The position numbers and the translations under genes were made by a program. The notes below the pieces were generated by a model. The model was not told the DNA's origin, made no database searches, and saw only the letters and a list, made by a program, of their open reading frames with translations. Below, in pieces: positions 48,556-58,881 of a stretch of DNA of 64,000 bases; within the stretch, counting starts at the first letter, position 1, and every line of letters starts with the position of its first letter. The stretch spans positions 1,952,001-2,016,000 of the forward strand of contig CAXXGO010000001.1 of the NCBI GenBank assembly GCA_963666835.2. The letters are read 5' to 3'. The DNA is from Phycisphaerae bacterium. Lineage in GTDB: Bacteria; Planctomycetota; Phycisphaerae; UBA1845.

Positions 48556-50022
48556 ATGTTTTGGTGTACGACAAAATCTTGCGCCGCGCTGGCCTCGGGG
48601 GTTGTTGGGCTCTTGTTGTTGGGCGCGCATCAGGTTGGGGCTGTTGGTGTTCCACGTGTCAATCCGTCAAACGGCGTGATCGTAGACTTGGGCTCAGCGG
48701 CAGTGCTGGAATCGGATGGTGCTGCCTTCGAAAGTCCGCCGCCGGCTCAACCCCTTACGAAAACTGCTTCCCTCAGTGACTCTTCCGCCGTTTGTATTGT
48801 TGTAGACGGGGAGTGTCATCCGATGGGCAGTCTGGCTCACGTTGCCGTCGAGCTGTGCGAGGGTGTTTCGGTGATCACGGGGGGGCAGTTCTCCATCCAA
48901 TACCCGCCGGATGCGCTACGCTTGGTAGGCATTGCTCCGGGGGCCGAGTGTGACCTGAGTTCGCCGTTTGCGCTTGAAGTCTACGAGCATGTGGACCGGG
49001 CGGTTGGTCGGGTTGATTACGCGGTGATCGTGGACGCGGCGATGGGAGGAGTGGGTACGCCGGGACCGGCCTCGCTGGCGTGTGCGTTGTTTGAAGTGGT
49101 CGGCGAGGTTCCGGACAATTCGGTTTGCTTGTTTGACGGGGGTAATCCTCTTCCTGCGGTATTAAGTGATGAACACGGGGTGGCGATCGCAATTGACAAC
49201 TCGTTGGACTGTCCACCAGAATTACCGTTGCCGATTCTCTCGTGTGGAGAGGTGGTAGTATCTCCAACGTGCGAGTGTGAGGAGGGCACGCCGGATTGCG
49301 GCGCATACAGCGGGGACTGCTCCGAGGGCTTCTGTGATGAGGCTCTCGGGCGATGTGTGGGCCTACCCATCAACGAGGGGGGGGCATGCGACGACGGCGA
49401 TTCCTGTACGACGGTGGATACCTGTGAAGATGGCGTGTGCGTAGGCACCGGTTGCCCTCATCCGAGCTTGTGTATTGACATCGAAGACGAATGCCAGCTC
49501 CACACGGGGTGGATGGAGGTGCGGATCGAGCTGGGGGAGGGCGATTCCACGGTTGTGGGAGGACAGTTTGCCATCGAATACGACCCCGCTCATGCGCGGT
49601 TCATCGATGCATCCCCGGGACGGTTATGCGATCCGACATCGCCGTTCGTAACCGAGATCTACGAGGAAGTGAACGAGAGTATGGGTAAGATATTCTACGC
49701 TGCCGGCGTCAGCCCGTTGGGGGGCGATGAGGGTACCAGCGGCCCGTCTACGTTGGCGTGCCTGACTTTTCAGTATCGGGGCATGTACCAGAGCGAAATC
49801 TGCATTATGGAGGGCGTGAACCCGCGCACGACCATACTCTCCGACGATCACGGGATTGCGGCGCCCTTTCGCAATGTAGGAGTATGCGAGGAAGAACCTC
49901 CCGCAATTGCATGCGACGACACGTGCACGCCAATCCCGACGGTGTCGCACTGGGGGCTGATCGTCCTGGCGTTATTGCTGTTGATTGCAGGGAAGGCTCG
50001 CTTCGGCGGGATGCGCGAGTAG
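48556..50022 (+). CDS. Protein with two cohesin-like domains and an IPTL-CTERM anchor
   Basis: Duplicated GGQF.I.Y.P...SPF...GT.GP..LAC..F domain; CDDGDSCTTVDTCEDGVC linker; IPTVSHWGLIVLALLLL. Confidence 0.88.
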   Translation: MFWCTTKSCAALASGVVGLLLLGAHQVGAVGVPRVNPSNGVIVDLGSAAVLESDGAAFESPPPAQPLTKTASLSDSSAVCIVVDGECHPMGSLAHVAVELCEGVSVITGGQFSIQYPPDALRLVGIAPGAECDLSSPFALEVYEHVDRAVGRVDYAVIVDAAMGGVGTPGPASLACALFEVVGEVPDNSVCLFDGGNPLPAVLSDEHGVAIAIDNSLDCPPELPLPILSCGEVVVSPTCECEEGTPDCGAYSGDCSEGFCDEALGRCVGLPINEGGACDDGDSCTTVDTCEDGVCVGTGCPHPSLCIDIEDECQLHTGWMEVRIELGEGDSTVVGGQFAIEYDPAHARFIDASPGRLCDPTSPFVTEIYEEVNESMGKIFYAAGVSPLGGDEGTSGPSTLACLTFQYRGMYQSEICIMEGVNPRTTILSDDHGIAAPFRNVGVCEEEPPAIACDDTCTPIPTVSHWGLIVLALLLLIAGKARFGGMRE

Positions 50023-50156
50023 CCCGGGGTGGGAGACTGGTTGCTTCACCAGAGCGGCGGGGCTTCGCGGCCGGGATAGGGACTCTGCCCGGTGCGGTTG
50101 AAACGCGGTGAAGCCGGTAAGGACGGGCTCGCTGAATCGGCGGTGACGCCGGTTCG

Positions 50157-50513
50157 TCAGTGGATGTGGTTGTACAAGTCCGGAGCGGGCAGCTCGTGGA
50201 GTTTCGGGTATGTAGCCAAGACCTCGCCGATCCAGGTGTTCTGTTGATGCGGCGACATCAGGTCGAACTCGTCACAAGCATCCACCCATTCATCCAGTTC
50301 GTCGTCCGAGAGAAAGCCCATATTCTCGCTGGTGACCACGCGATCGGTCTTGTCGACGGCGTAACCCAACGCCGGGTTATTGTCGATCTCGACGATGAAA
50401 CGCACGACGGCCTTGAACGTGTCGGAAAACGCTCGCGCGCGCCCCTGCGGATGCGTCACCGACGGCATCAGGACGTAATCGGATTGATCCAAAAGGAGCG
50501 GCTGATTGCTCAT
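50157..50513 (-). CDS. Hypothetical acidic protein
   Basis: Protein-like 118-aa 3' part of the ORF; the upstream extension looks non-coding. Confidence 0.6.
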   Translation of the reverse strand: MSNQPLLLDQSDYVLMPSVTHPQGRARAFSDTFKAVVRFIVEIDNNPALGYAVDKTDRVVTSENMGFLSDDELDEWVDACDEFDLMSPHQQNTWIGEVLATYPKLHELPAPDLYNHIH

Positions 50514-51137
50514 ACGGGTCAGCATACCTGTTCGAACGCCTAAGAACCAGAGAAAAGTGCGTTTGGCTGGGCAATTGTGTTTCTGCAAGTCGGCAGCGGA
50601 TGGGGCTAGCGAATGCGTGGTAACCCTAGGTCCGGTATTGTTCTCGAGACTAGCGGCGATCGGCGGAGACGCGTTGGGTCTACCCAATGGGTTGCCGGTG
50701 GGGAAGATGCCGGAAAGCCGGAACACCACAGAGGTTACAGCACGTTGCCGCGGGCGTCTGACTGTCCGACGAGACGGCTGCAGCTTCACGGGCGGTGTGA
50801 CTTGTGCGCCCGGCGCCTGTGAGTTTACGAGATCCGACCGTGCATTGTCGAACAACCGGACGCGCCCCAAGACGTTGGTGCCGGATGAAAAGCCCCCGGG
50901 AGCCTCAAAAGACTGACCGTCTGCGGCTGAGTTATCGGGCGTAATACCGCGGATTCGAAGGGACGCGGACATACGAAAGCACCGGTCTTGCCGCCTTCTG
51001 CCGTAATCTGATCGGCAACTGTAGTGTCAAGAGTATGGCATCTCACGCGCGCGGGCTGAGATGAAAGCTCCTCGTTCCGGCCGGAGATTGGGGTCGGTCC
51101 GGCGCGGATGAGGGTGTTCTTGCCGGCGGAAGGGGCT

Positions 51138-53015
51138 TTACGTCGCGCTACGTCCCCGGCGGTAGCGCGGGACGACTATGCCCCCGGCGACCATCAGCAA
51201 CAGGGTCATTAGGCAGATCCCCCAGCCCGAGAGCGCCGGGATGGCCTTGGCGCAGCGCGGGATGACCGGGGGGGCAGTCGTCCCGGTCCATGCGTCGGTA
51301 AATCGGTTCCAATCCTCGCAATCCACGTCGCCGTCGACATCGAGATCAACGGGGACGCACGTGCTGGAGAGTTCCGGGTCGGCTTCGTTCAGGCAGTCCT
51401 CGAACGTGGCGAAGTCCTGGGCATCAACATTACCATCATCGTTGAAATCGGCGGCCACAGCGCGTATTCCATGCACGATAGCGCAAGCCGCGGCATCGTC
51501 GCAAAGCGTGTAATCAAGGGCGTCGATGTTGTCGTTCGGGTGTCCAAGTCCGAGGACGGAGGCCGGGGCGTGGACGGCGGGGGCGCGGCCGGGTCGGGCG
51601 ACGAAGACGTCCGCGGCAGCGCCTACGGCACTGGCGCCGGGGATAGTAGCCAGAGAAGGAGAGCCCGGGGCTAGCGAGAACAGGACTTCATCCATTCCGT
51701 TGAAGAGGCCGTCGCTTTCAGCATCAAACACGATCAGCGCGTCAATGTCGTCTTCCCGCCTGAGGCCCAGGTCGAGAAACGATGCGTAGACCGAAGATGG
51801 GCGGGGGCTGTCGTATCCGCACTCGGTTATGAGACAGTCTACGAATTGCCCATGGGCTTCGTTCACGCAGTCGTCCGGCTCACGGCCTTGGTCAAGGCAG
51901 TTGTTCAGCGCTTGTTCCGCGTCGCGGTCACATTGTGTATCACAGAAAGGGTCCAGAACGTTCGGGCACTCGTTTGCCAAGCAGTCTGTCGCTATCTGCT
52001 CGGCAAAGGCGGCACAGTTGCCCGGCGGGCCGCCTACGTCGAGACACCCGAAGTACGCTTCTTCTCGTGCCCACCAACAGACTTCTTCGCACGGGATCTG
52101 AGGCGGAGGTTGATTGCACTCGGTCTCGAAACAACTCCACAATGTTTGAGACTCCACGAGCTCGCAGTCGGCGGGGTGACCGCCGCCTGCGAGGCAGTCC
52201 ATCAAGGCGTCTTGGGCCGAGTTGTAGCAGAGCATTCGACACACCGGATCAGGACCGGGTTGCGGATGTCCCCCGCCTCGAGGGTAACGCTGGGCCTCAG
52301 AAGAACGCGTGAATATGGTGGATCCGCTCGGCCCTTCTGACCCGCAAAGGAGGTAGAGCGACGGTGATTCGGCACCGGCGGAGAAGTAGACGCTTTCCGA
52401 TGCGGATACCACTGCGGCTGTTGCGTCAACTTGGTCCTGCGCTTGATCCTCCACGAAATCCCGGGCGCTGGTCGGGGGCTCGGCGGCGAAATCGGTACCG
52501 CCTTCGTCGAAATTGTTGCGGACGAGCACGTTGTTGTTCGTCAGGACCACGGTGTCGCCATCAGCCGAACGTATGCGCCCTCCTGCTCGAACAAACAGAG
52601 CGGTCGACATGAACTGATCCCCGGCGGCCTGCCCGCGGTTGGCCTGATCCGTAGCGTTATACGGTACGTCGGCGGCAAGGAGGTCCGGGTCCGGGGCGGC
52701 GACGCCGACGGTGGCGGTGTCGACCGAGAACAGTAGAGCGTACGACGTTCCTGCGGCGACCTCGGATCCGGAGGCCGACTGAGCGTCGAGTTCATCGGGA
52801 GACAACCCGAGCCCGAACATCCAGCCCGGCATCATTGTCTCGAGGTCCGGTAGATCGAGCATCAGGATCCCGTCCGGCGTAATCCCCCCGTCGATTACGG
52901 TTGGAGAACGGAAGTCGAACGAAAACGTAGGGGCCGGCAGAGCTTCCAACGGCGGAGCGGCCGACACGGCTGCGGTTGTGCCCAGCAGTATTGCTGCACT
53001 GCTCCAGGCCTTCAT
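51138..53015 (-). CDS. Secreted protein with three 6-Cys repeats, dockerin-like domain and IPTL-CTERM-like anchor
   Basis: Signal peptide MKAWSSAAILLG; ADFNDDGNVD..D; IPALSGWGICLMTLLL + basic tail. Start could be 53057 or 53135. Confidence 0.85.
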   Translation of the reverse strand: MKAWSSAAILLGTTAAVSAAPPLEALPAPTFSFDFRSPTVIDGGITPDGILMLDLPDLETMMPGWMFGLGLSPDELDAQSASGSEVAAGTSYALLFSVDTATVGVAAPDPDLLAADVPYNATDQANRGQAAGDQFMSTALFVRAGGRIRSADGDTVVLTNNNVLVRNNFDEGGTDFAAEPPTSARDFVEDQAQDQVDATAAVVSASESVYFSAGAESPSLYLLCGSEGPSGSTIFTRSSEAQRYPRGGGHPQPGPDPVCRMLCYNSAQDALMDCLAGGGHPADCELVESQTLWSCFETECNQPPPQIPCEEVCWWAREEAYFGCLDVGGPPGNCAAFAEQIATDCLANECPNVLDPFCDTQCDRDAEQALNNCLDQGREPDDCVNEAHGQFVDCLITECGYDSPRPSSVYASFLDLGLRREDDIDALIVFDAESDGLFNGMDEVLFSLAPGSPSLATIPGASAVGAAADVFVARPGRAPAVHAPASVLGLGHPNDNIDALDYTLCDDAAACAIVHGIRAVAADFNDDGNVDAQDFATFEDCLNEADPELSSTCVPVDLDVDGDVDCEDWNRFTDAWTGTTAPPVIPRCAKAIPALSGWGICLMTLLLMVAGGIVVPRYRRGRSAT

Positions 53016-53097
53016 CCCTCGTCGATGAACTTGGTAGTTTGAGCAACTTGACTTCATCGCATGTTTCCCATCGCGCCGCCGACCAATCCGCGAGCGG

Positions 53098-55935
53098 TCA
53101 GCGGGCTTCGCATTCTTCGTGCCCCTCCGGTTCATAATCGCCCGACGTTGTCGGAACCCAGCGCGGCCAATCCGGGAGACCTCGCATTCTCTCCCGGATC
53201 ACCTTCGCGTGGTAAGTATAACCCAGTTCGCCGTCATAGCATTCTTGGGCCTTCGTTAAGAGGTCGAGGGCCGTCGTGCGGTCACCGGATGCCAGAGCCT
53301 CTACTGCTGTGTGAAACAAGGCCTCCGCGCGGTATCCGCGCGGCGATTCCGCACTTTCGTTGACGGCCACCGCATCCGCGAGCTCTATCTCTCCGTGAGA
53401 GAGGGCGCACAGCGCGCGCAACCACTGCTGATCGTTCGACTCGGCGGTGATTGCGTCACAATCCCAGCCGGCCAGCAACCGATCCGCCTCTTCACCATGT
53501 CCGAGGAGTCGTAAGCAGCTTGCCGACCAGAGGATAGCGCGGCCGTCCTTGTCATCAGCGTCGGTTAGACCCCGGGCGGCCTCCAGTGACGCAGATATGT
53601 CATCACGTGCCGCATGAACGAAGGCCGGGTAGACATACCTGTAGAACCGCGGTTCGGGGCTCCACGTCAGACAGGCTTCGAGATCCCACAAGGCATCATC
53701 GTATCGGCCCATCCAAAAGAACAGGCGCCAGCGATAGTGATGCCCCTCCCATCGTCTTAGCGGGGTGGATGCCAGGCTGATGGCCCGGGTCCGCGCCTCT
53801 GCGGCTTCTTTCCACCATCCCATGCTCTCCAGGCATTCGGCCTCGGCCGTGACCGGTCGGTCATCTGCCGGGTCGTACTCCTGTCCGCTTCTGGCGAAAC
53901 TGAGAGCCTCCTCGAAGTGCATGTCGGCATCACACATGGAGGTTCCTTGCGCCAAACAGGTTTCCGCCATCAGGCGATGCGCGATTGAAAGCAGGTAATA
54001 GGGATACGCGTCGTAATGTCCATGTTCGATCAGTTGCAGCAAGCTCGCCTCGGCTTCCACAAACGACTCGGCATCTCGCGATGCGTACAGTTGCTGGTTA
54101 TGTGCCCGGGCAAGATGCAGCACAGCCTGCGGGTAGAAATCACGCTGGCGGCTTCGCCAAGCGTTGGCTTCCTCGTACGATTCAATTGCTACATCCGGAT
54201 CGCTGAAGTGCGCGGCCAATCCGCGAAAGAACCAGCCGTCCGCGCCGGTCGGACCGCCCAGTGCTTCCGCGTCTGCAAACGCCCGCAGGGACTCGGCAGC
54301 GGCTCCGGACCGCCATCTCTCCCACGCTCGAAGGTATAACGCTCGCGTGTCGGAAGGATTCCGTTCCAGCAGTTGATCGATATAGGTTCTCGCCGCGGCC
54401 TGATCCTGTGCCCCAAGACTGGCCAGGGCTCGCGCAAGCGCGAGTTGCTGCGGATCGGCTCCCAGATTCTCGGCTTCCCTCAGCGAATCTTCGAGCAGCT
54501 CGGGATGGCGATAGTCGAGGTATGCTAACTTGGAGTACGCCGCCTGGAGGATGCCGGCGGCTTTTCCTCGCCGGGCGGCACGTTCGCTTCGCACCATTCC
54601 CGCCGCCAACGCGACAAGTCCGATCAAGCCAACCAAAGCAACCGTAGCCGCGCGGTGGCGTCGGGCCCACTTCGTCGCGATTTCCAAAGGGCCTACACGG
54701 CGGCTCAGAATCGGCCGGCCTTCCGCAAACCTGTGAAGGTCTTCAGCCATTTCCGCGGTGGTTGCGAACCTCCGGGCGGGGGCTTTCTCCATAGCCCGCA
54801 GGCAGATAGTCTCCAGATCCTGCGGGATCCGCGGATCGTAATCGCGAGGCCGTCTGGCATCTTCCGTACAGATACGCAGGAGAATCTGATCGCGGCTCTT
54901 GCCCCCAAACGGGCGGTTGTGCGTGAGTAATTCGTAGAGAGTCGCGCCCAGCGAGTACACGTCGGTGCGATGGTCAACCTTGCAGGCGTCACCGCGAACC
55001 TGTTCCGGAGAGAGATACACGGCCGTGCCGATTACCTCGCCGGCCATTGTCTCGTGAGGCTCGCCCTCCAGATGCGCAAGCCCAAAGTCGGTTATGTGCA
55101 ACCGCCCATCGGATCCGAGAAGTAGGTTGTTCGGCTTCACATCTCGGTGGATCACCCCGCGGTCAAAGGCATGGGCCAATCCCTCGGCAGCGCCTGCCAC
55201 CAAGAGGGCCAGATGGCGGAAGTCTGCAAGAGTTCGATTCGGAAGGGGCGCTTCGGGTTCTTCCGGTGAATTAGTCGCGCTATAATCGGCATCGTTGCTG
55301 TCTGCGGCCGACGAGGTTAGGGGCAGGTTGCCGGCGTCCGTCTCGAAACTGCCTCGCGAAGACGCAGAGCTGAGCAACTCCGGGCGGCGGTGGATCGCAA
55401 GATCGAGACTAATGCCCTCGATCAACTCCATGGCATAGAACCGATGCCCGTCACAATGCCCTTCGGCGAAGATCGGCACAACATTCGGGTGGTTGAGTCG
55501 GGCGACGGCTTGGGCTTCGGTCTGAAATCTCCGGGCTGTGGACTGGCGACGGTGTGCGGATGCCGGCAACACTTTCAGCGCGACCGTGCGATTAAGCGCA
55601 GTTTGGCGGGCACGATATACAATCCCCATGCCCCCTCTGCCGATTTCGCCGAGGATTTCGAAGTCACCGAGACGCGTTCCGACGGCGGGCGGGGCCACGG
55701 CGGTGCCGACAGTTTCCGCGGACGCGGGCGATGCGGGACCATCGATCCGGAGGGAACACGACTCAAACGCCTCTCGCACGTCGTTTATGAGCTGCTCGTC
55801 TTCCGCCGGGACGTCACCAAGACGCCCACCGCCGATATCCGTTAGGGCGGCCCCACATACCGGACAGTTGGCGAACCCCTCTTTCAGAGGTGCCGTTGTC
55901 CTGAAAGTACACCCTGAACAGACAAGTTGAACCAC
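53098..55935 (-). CDS. Serine/threonine protein kinase with zinc ribbon, TM and TPR-like region
   Basis: GRGGMGIV, VALK, HRDVKPNN, DFGLA, GT..YLSPEQ, DVYSLG. Confidence 0.95.
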   Translation of the reverse strand: MVQLVCSGCTFRTTAPLKEGFANCPVCGAALTDIGGGRLGDVPAEDEQLINDVREAFESCSLRIDGPASPASAETVGTAVAPPAVGTRLGDFEILGEIGRGGMGIVYRARQTALNRTVALKVLPASAHRRQSTARRFQTEAQAVARLNHPNVVPIFAEGHCDGHRFYAMELIEGISLDLAIHRRPELLSSASSRGSFETDAGNLPLTSSAADSNDADYSATNSPEEPEAPLPNRTLADFRHLALLVAGAAEGLAHAFDRGVIHRDVKPNNLLLGSDGRLHITDFGLAHLEGEPHETMAGEVIGTAVYLSPEQVRGDACKVDHRTDVYSLGATLYELLTHNRPFGGKSRDQILLRICTEDARRPRDYDPRIPQDLETICLRAMEKAPARRFATTAEMAEDLHRFAEGRPILSRRVGPLEIATKWARRHRAATVALVGLIGLVALAAGMVRSERAARRGKAAGILQAAYSKLAYLDYRHPELLEDSLREAENLGADPQQLALARALASLGAQDQAAARTYIDQLLERNPSDTRALYLRAWERWRSGAAAESLRAFADAEALGGPTGADGWFFRGLAAHFSDPDVAIESYEEANAWRSRQRDFYPQAVLHLARAHNQQLYASRDAESFVEAEASLLQLIEHGHYDAYPYYLLSIAHRLMAETCLAQGTSMCDADMHFEEALSFARSGQEYDPADDRPVTAEAECLESMGWWKEAAEARTRAISLASTPLRRWEGHHYRWRLFFWMGRYDDALWDLEACLTWSPEPRFYRYVYPAFVHAARDDISASLEAARGLTDADDKDGRAILWSASCLRLLGHGEEADRLLAGWDCDAITAESNDQQWLRALCALSHGEIELADAVAVNESAESPRGYRAEALFHTAVEALASGDRTTALDLLTKAQECYDGELGYTYHAKVIRERMRGLPDWPRWVPTTSGDYEPEGHEECEAR

Positions 55936-56077
55936 GGTAGTCTCCGCTATTCGTCAGCCGATACCAGCCCCATAGTCCACAAGGCGCTTGTGGCAGAGAT
56001 CTGACACGCTTGTCGGGCGTCTTCTTGCCGGTTCACCGGATTGTCCGACATCTTCATTCCAGTCCTCGCTTCTCGCC

Positions 56078-56671
56078 CTACAGTTCAGCCTCCGAATCCA
56101 ATGACTCCACACATTCTCGAAGTCGGCGCACGATGCGGGACTTGGCCTGATAAACACTATCCCGGCTAATGCCGAGTTGTTTGGCAGTATCTGCCGCAGC
56201 GCAGTTGGCCAGGACGTGCATCCTGAAGGCCTCCATCGTTGCAGGCTCAAACTCCCCGGCGATCAACCGCAAGGCTCGCCGGATTCGATCCAGGTACTGC
56301 TCGCGCTCCCATTCTGCGTCCGAGGGCGCAGTGTTGTTGGCGAGGTTCTCGAGCGTTTGGGGATCTAGTGGGGCTTCACGCCGGCGATCTTGGCCCACTC
56401 CGCGTCCCACCGCGTGGATTACCGCAGCCCGAAGGTATGCTCGGAAGCACCCCTTACGATCGCGGTGGCGGAACCCTGCCATCGCTTTGAAGACGGCCAG
56501 TTCGACTTCCTGGACGATGTCCTCCGCCCGCTCGTGTGATGCCCCGAGACGTCGAGCGTAACTGAACAGGAGCTCTCCATACCGTTGGTGAAACTCCGTC
56601 CACTGGTGTGTGCTTCCCGGTCGTCGCAACCGTGATAGAAACGATAAGCGTGTAGTGCCCGCTCGGCTCAT
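56078..56671 (-). CDS. ECF-type RNA polymerase sigma factor
   Basis: TTRLSFL.RL, W.EF..RY, AEDIVQE, FRAYL, VYQAKSR; directly upstream of the kinase. Start 56671 or 56689. Confidence 0.92.
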   Translation of the reverse strand: MSRAGTTRLSFLSRLRRPGSTHQWTEFHQRYGELLFSYARRLGASHERAEDIVQEVELAVFKAMAGFRHRDRKGCFRAYLRAAVIHAVGRGVGQDRRREAPLDPQTLENLANNTAPSDAEWEREQYLDRIRRALRLIAGEFEPATMEAFRMHVLANCAAADTAKQLGISRDSVYQAKSRIVRRLRECVESLDSEAEL

Positions 56672-57546
56672 CTTCCAGCGCCCGCTCAATAAGGGGAGAA
56701 AATTCGCGTGGCCTGGTTAATAATGAGAGACCGCTCGAGCACCCCCATCGGATCACTCTATCAACCCAAGATTATACTCCGTTGACCGCTCCCGTTACAG
56801 AAGTTCTTCGTTTTCCTGTCAGATTCCCGCCCGAGGGCCCTTTCAAGGGGCAGGTGTGGCCGGGGCCTCGGCTAATTCAACGGGGCTCTAGTCTCCGAAC
56901 CCGGCAGCGGAGCTCTCAGACCACTGGGATCGCTCGGCTGGCGACGTGGATGGCTGTCTTCCTCGCAGGTTGGGCCGCGCCGAGCCTCCGCACTGGGTTG
57001 AGGTGCGTTTGTAGTGCCCCGATCGCCTTGGTCCAGTGCGGGGTGCTTATGGATACCGGTTATAGGGCCGGTGGGTCTTGTTCTAGACCGGGCGAAGTGC
57101 GGAACCGCTTTGCTTCGGACTTCGTAGCTGCCAGCCGCGCGTAGGCGGCAGGACGGGTTGGCGGATCGGGTTAGCCAGGAAGATCGCCAGAATATGGGAC
57201 GTCGGTGCGGCTGTGGTATCCGGGGGCAGTGGCATCGAGGTTTAGTATTCGGGTGGCGGCGGGCGAAGACAGGAGGGCGCACGGCGTTTCATAGCTCCGG
57301 CTCCGGGGAGGGCTCCGGGAGGTATCTCCGGGCTTGCCCGTATTGTGGGGAGAGGATCGATTGGAGACGGGCCGACCGAAATGGGGTGTTGTCCTTGGGG
57401 ATTCTGTTTACGTTCCGCGCCCGGGGAGGTGGGGGTTAGGCTTCGCCTCCCCGGGTCGATCTCCGGGAGCATCCAGCCGGGCGGTTGATCGATTGGCGGG
57501 GGATTCGTTCCATCCGCCTTGATCTAGCTCATGTGCCGGGCGCCTG

Positions 57547-58692
57547 TTACGAAGCGGCGCCGGCCGATTCCGTTTCATCGATCCAGGCCCCGCCTATCAG
57601 CAGATCATCATCGTAAAACACCACAGCCTGGCCGGGAGTGACGGCGCGCTGCGGTTCATCAAATACGACACGGACGTTTCCGTCGGGCCTCGGGTAGACG
57701 ACGGCTGGCGAGGCCTTGTGTAAGTAGCGGATCTTCACGGCGGCGCGAAACGGGGCATCCGCGGAGTCGATGAAGTACTTCGCCTGGGAAGCCGTCAAGG
57801 CGGAGCAGAGGAGGGCGTCGGCCTCGCCGATCGTAACCGTGTGGGTGGTGGCATCGAGGCGGGTGACGTAGATCGGATTAGGCCGTGAGATCCCCAGGCC
57901 GCGACGCTGGCCGATGGTGTACCGGCAGATACCCGTGTGTCGACCGACAACTTGGCCGGTTCGGTCGATTACGTCGCCGGGCACAAAGGCCTCCGGGCGT
58001 CGCTCACGCACTAGTCTGACGTAATCGCAATCAGGTACGAAGCAGATCTCCATCGACTCGGGTTTGTCGTGGACTGGTAGATCGAGGCGCCCGGCCCGCT
58101 CACGCACCTGGTCCTTCGTCAGTTCACCGACGGGGAACTTGACTCGCGGAAGCACTGCGGGATCCAGCCCGAACAGCACGTAGGACTGATCCTTGGCCGG
58201 GTCGCGTCCGCGCATTAGCAAGCGTCTTCCGTCGCGCTGTCCGATGCGGGCGTAGTGCCCGGTGGCGATGTACGCGGCGCCGATGCTATCGGCGTAGGCC
58301 GCGATCTTGCCGAACTTCATGCGCATGTTGCAGATAATACACGGATTGGGCGTGCGACCACGGGCGTACTCGTCGACGAAGTACCCGATGAGCTCTTCGA
58401 AGTCGTCGCGGAAGTCGAGCACGTCGAACGGGATGCCGAGCAATCCGGCCACGCGGCGGGCATCGTCCGCGTCGTTTGGGCTGCTGCATCCTTGATGATG
58501 AGGTTTGCTTTCGCAATCGGTGCCGGCCGGTTCGGGTAGGGCGGCGCCAACGCGCATGAACAAACCTGCCACGTCGTAACCCTGCTCGAGCAACAGTGTC
58601 GCGGCCACGCTGGAATCCACGCCGCCGCTCATTGCAACGACGACCTTCTCGCGTTCCGCGCCGCACCCGGTTTCATTCTGCCTTCCGTGCAT
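57547..58692 (-). CDS. mnmA: tRNA-specific 2-thiouridylase
   Basis: AMSGGVDSS, GRTPNPC..CN, ATGHYA, KDQSYVL, ES.EICF, TPGQAVVFY. Confidence 0.97.
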   Translation of the reverse strand: MHGRQNETGCGAEREKVVVAMSGGVDSSVAATLLLEQGYDVAGLFMRVGAALPEPAGTDCESKPHHQGCSSPNDADDARRVAGLLGIPFDVLDFRDDFEELIGYFVDEYARGRTPNPCIICNMRMKFGKIAAYADSIGAAYIATGHYARIGQRDGRRLLMRGRDPAKDQSYVLFGLDPAVLPRVKFPVGELTKDQVRERAGRLDLPVHDKPESMEICFVPDCDYVRLVRERRPEAFVPGDVIDRTGQVVGRHTGICRYTIGQRRGLGISRPNPIYVTRLDATTHTVTIGEADALLCSALTASQAKYFIDSADAPFRAAVKIRYLHKASPAVVYPRPDGNVRVVFDEPQRAVTPGQAVVFYDDDLLIGGAWIDETESAGAAS

Positions 58693-58768
58693 CGCGTGGA
58701 TTGTAGCTTGGCGCCGGCGGGGTCACAAAGCAGTGCGGTGGCGTCAACCCGGCGGAACGCACCGTGCC

Positions 58769-58798
58769 GTAGGGCATAATCGAGGTGTGAGACCTGCC
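58769..58798 (+). repeat. Isolated REP-like palindrome, family B
   Basis: GTAGGGCATAATCGAGGTGTGAGACCTGCC, 26/30 identical to the 13828 copy. Confidence 0.8.
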
Positions 58799-58881
58799 GA
58801 AACGTGCCTGCTGGTGCCGGCGGACGGAGCACCGTTGGCGGCCGGTGGCATTCCGAACTGGTCCTCGGTTATGATGAGATC

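Noticed and set aside
57158..57439. ORF containing CPYCGERIDW (zinc-finger-like)
   Set aside because: Only one CxxC pair and the rest is not protein-like; at most a remnant.
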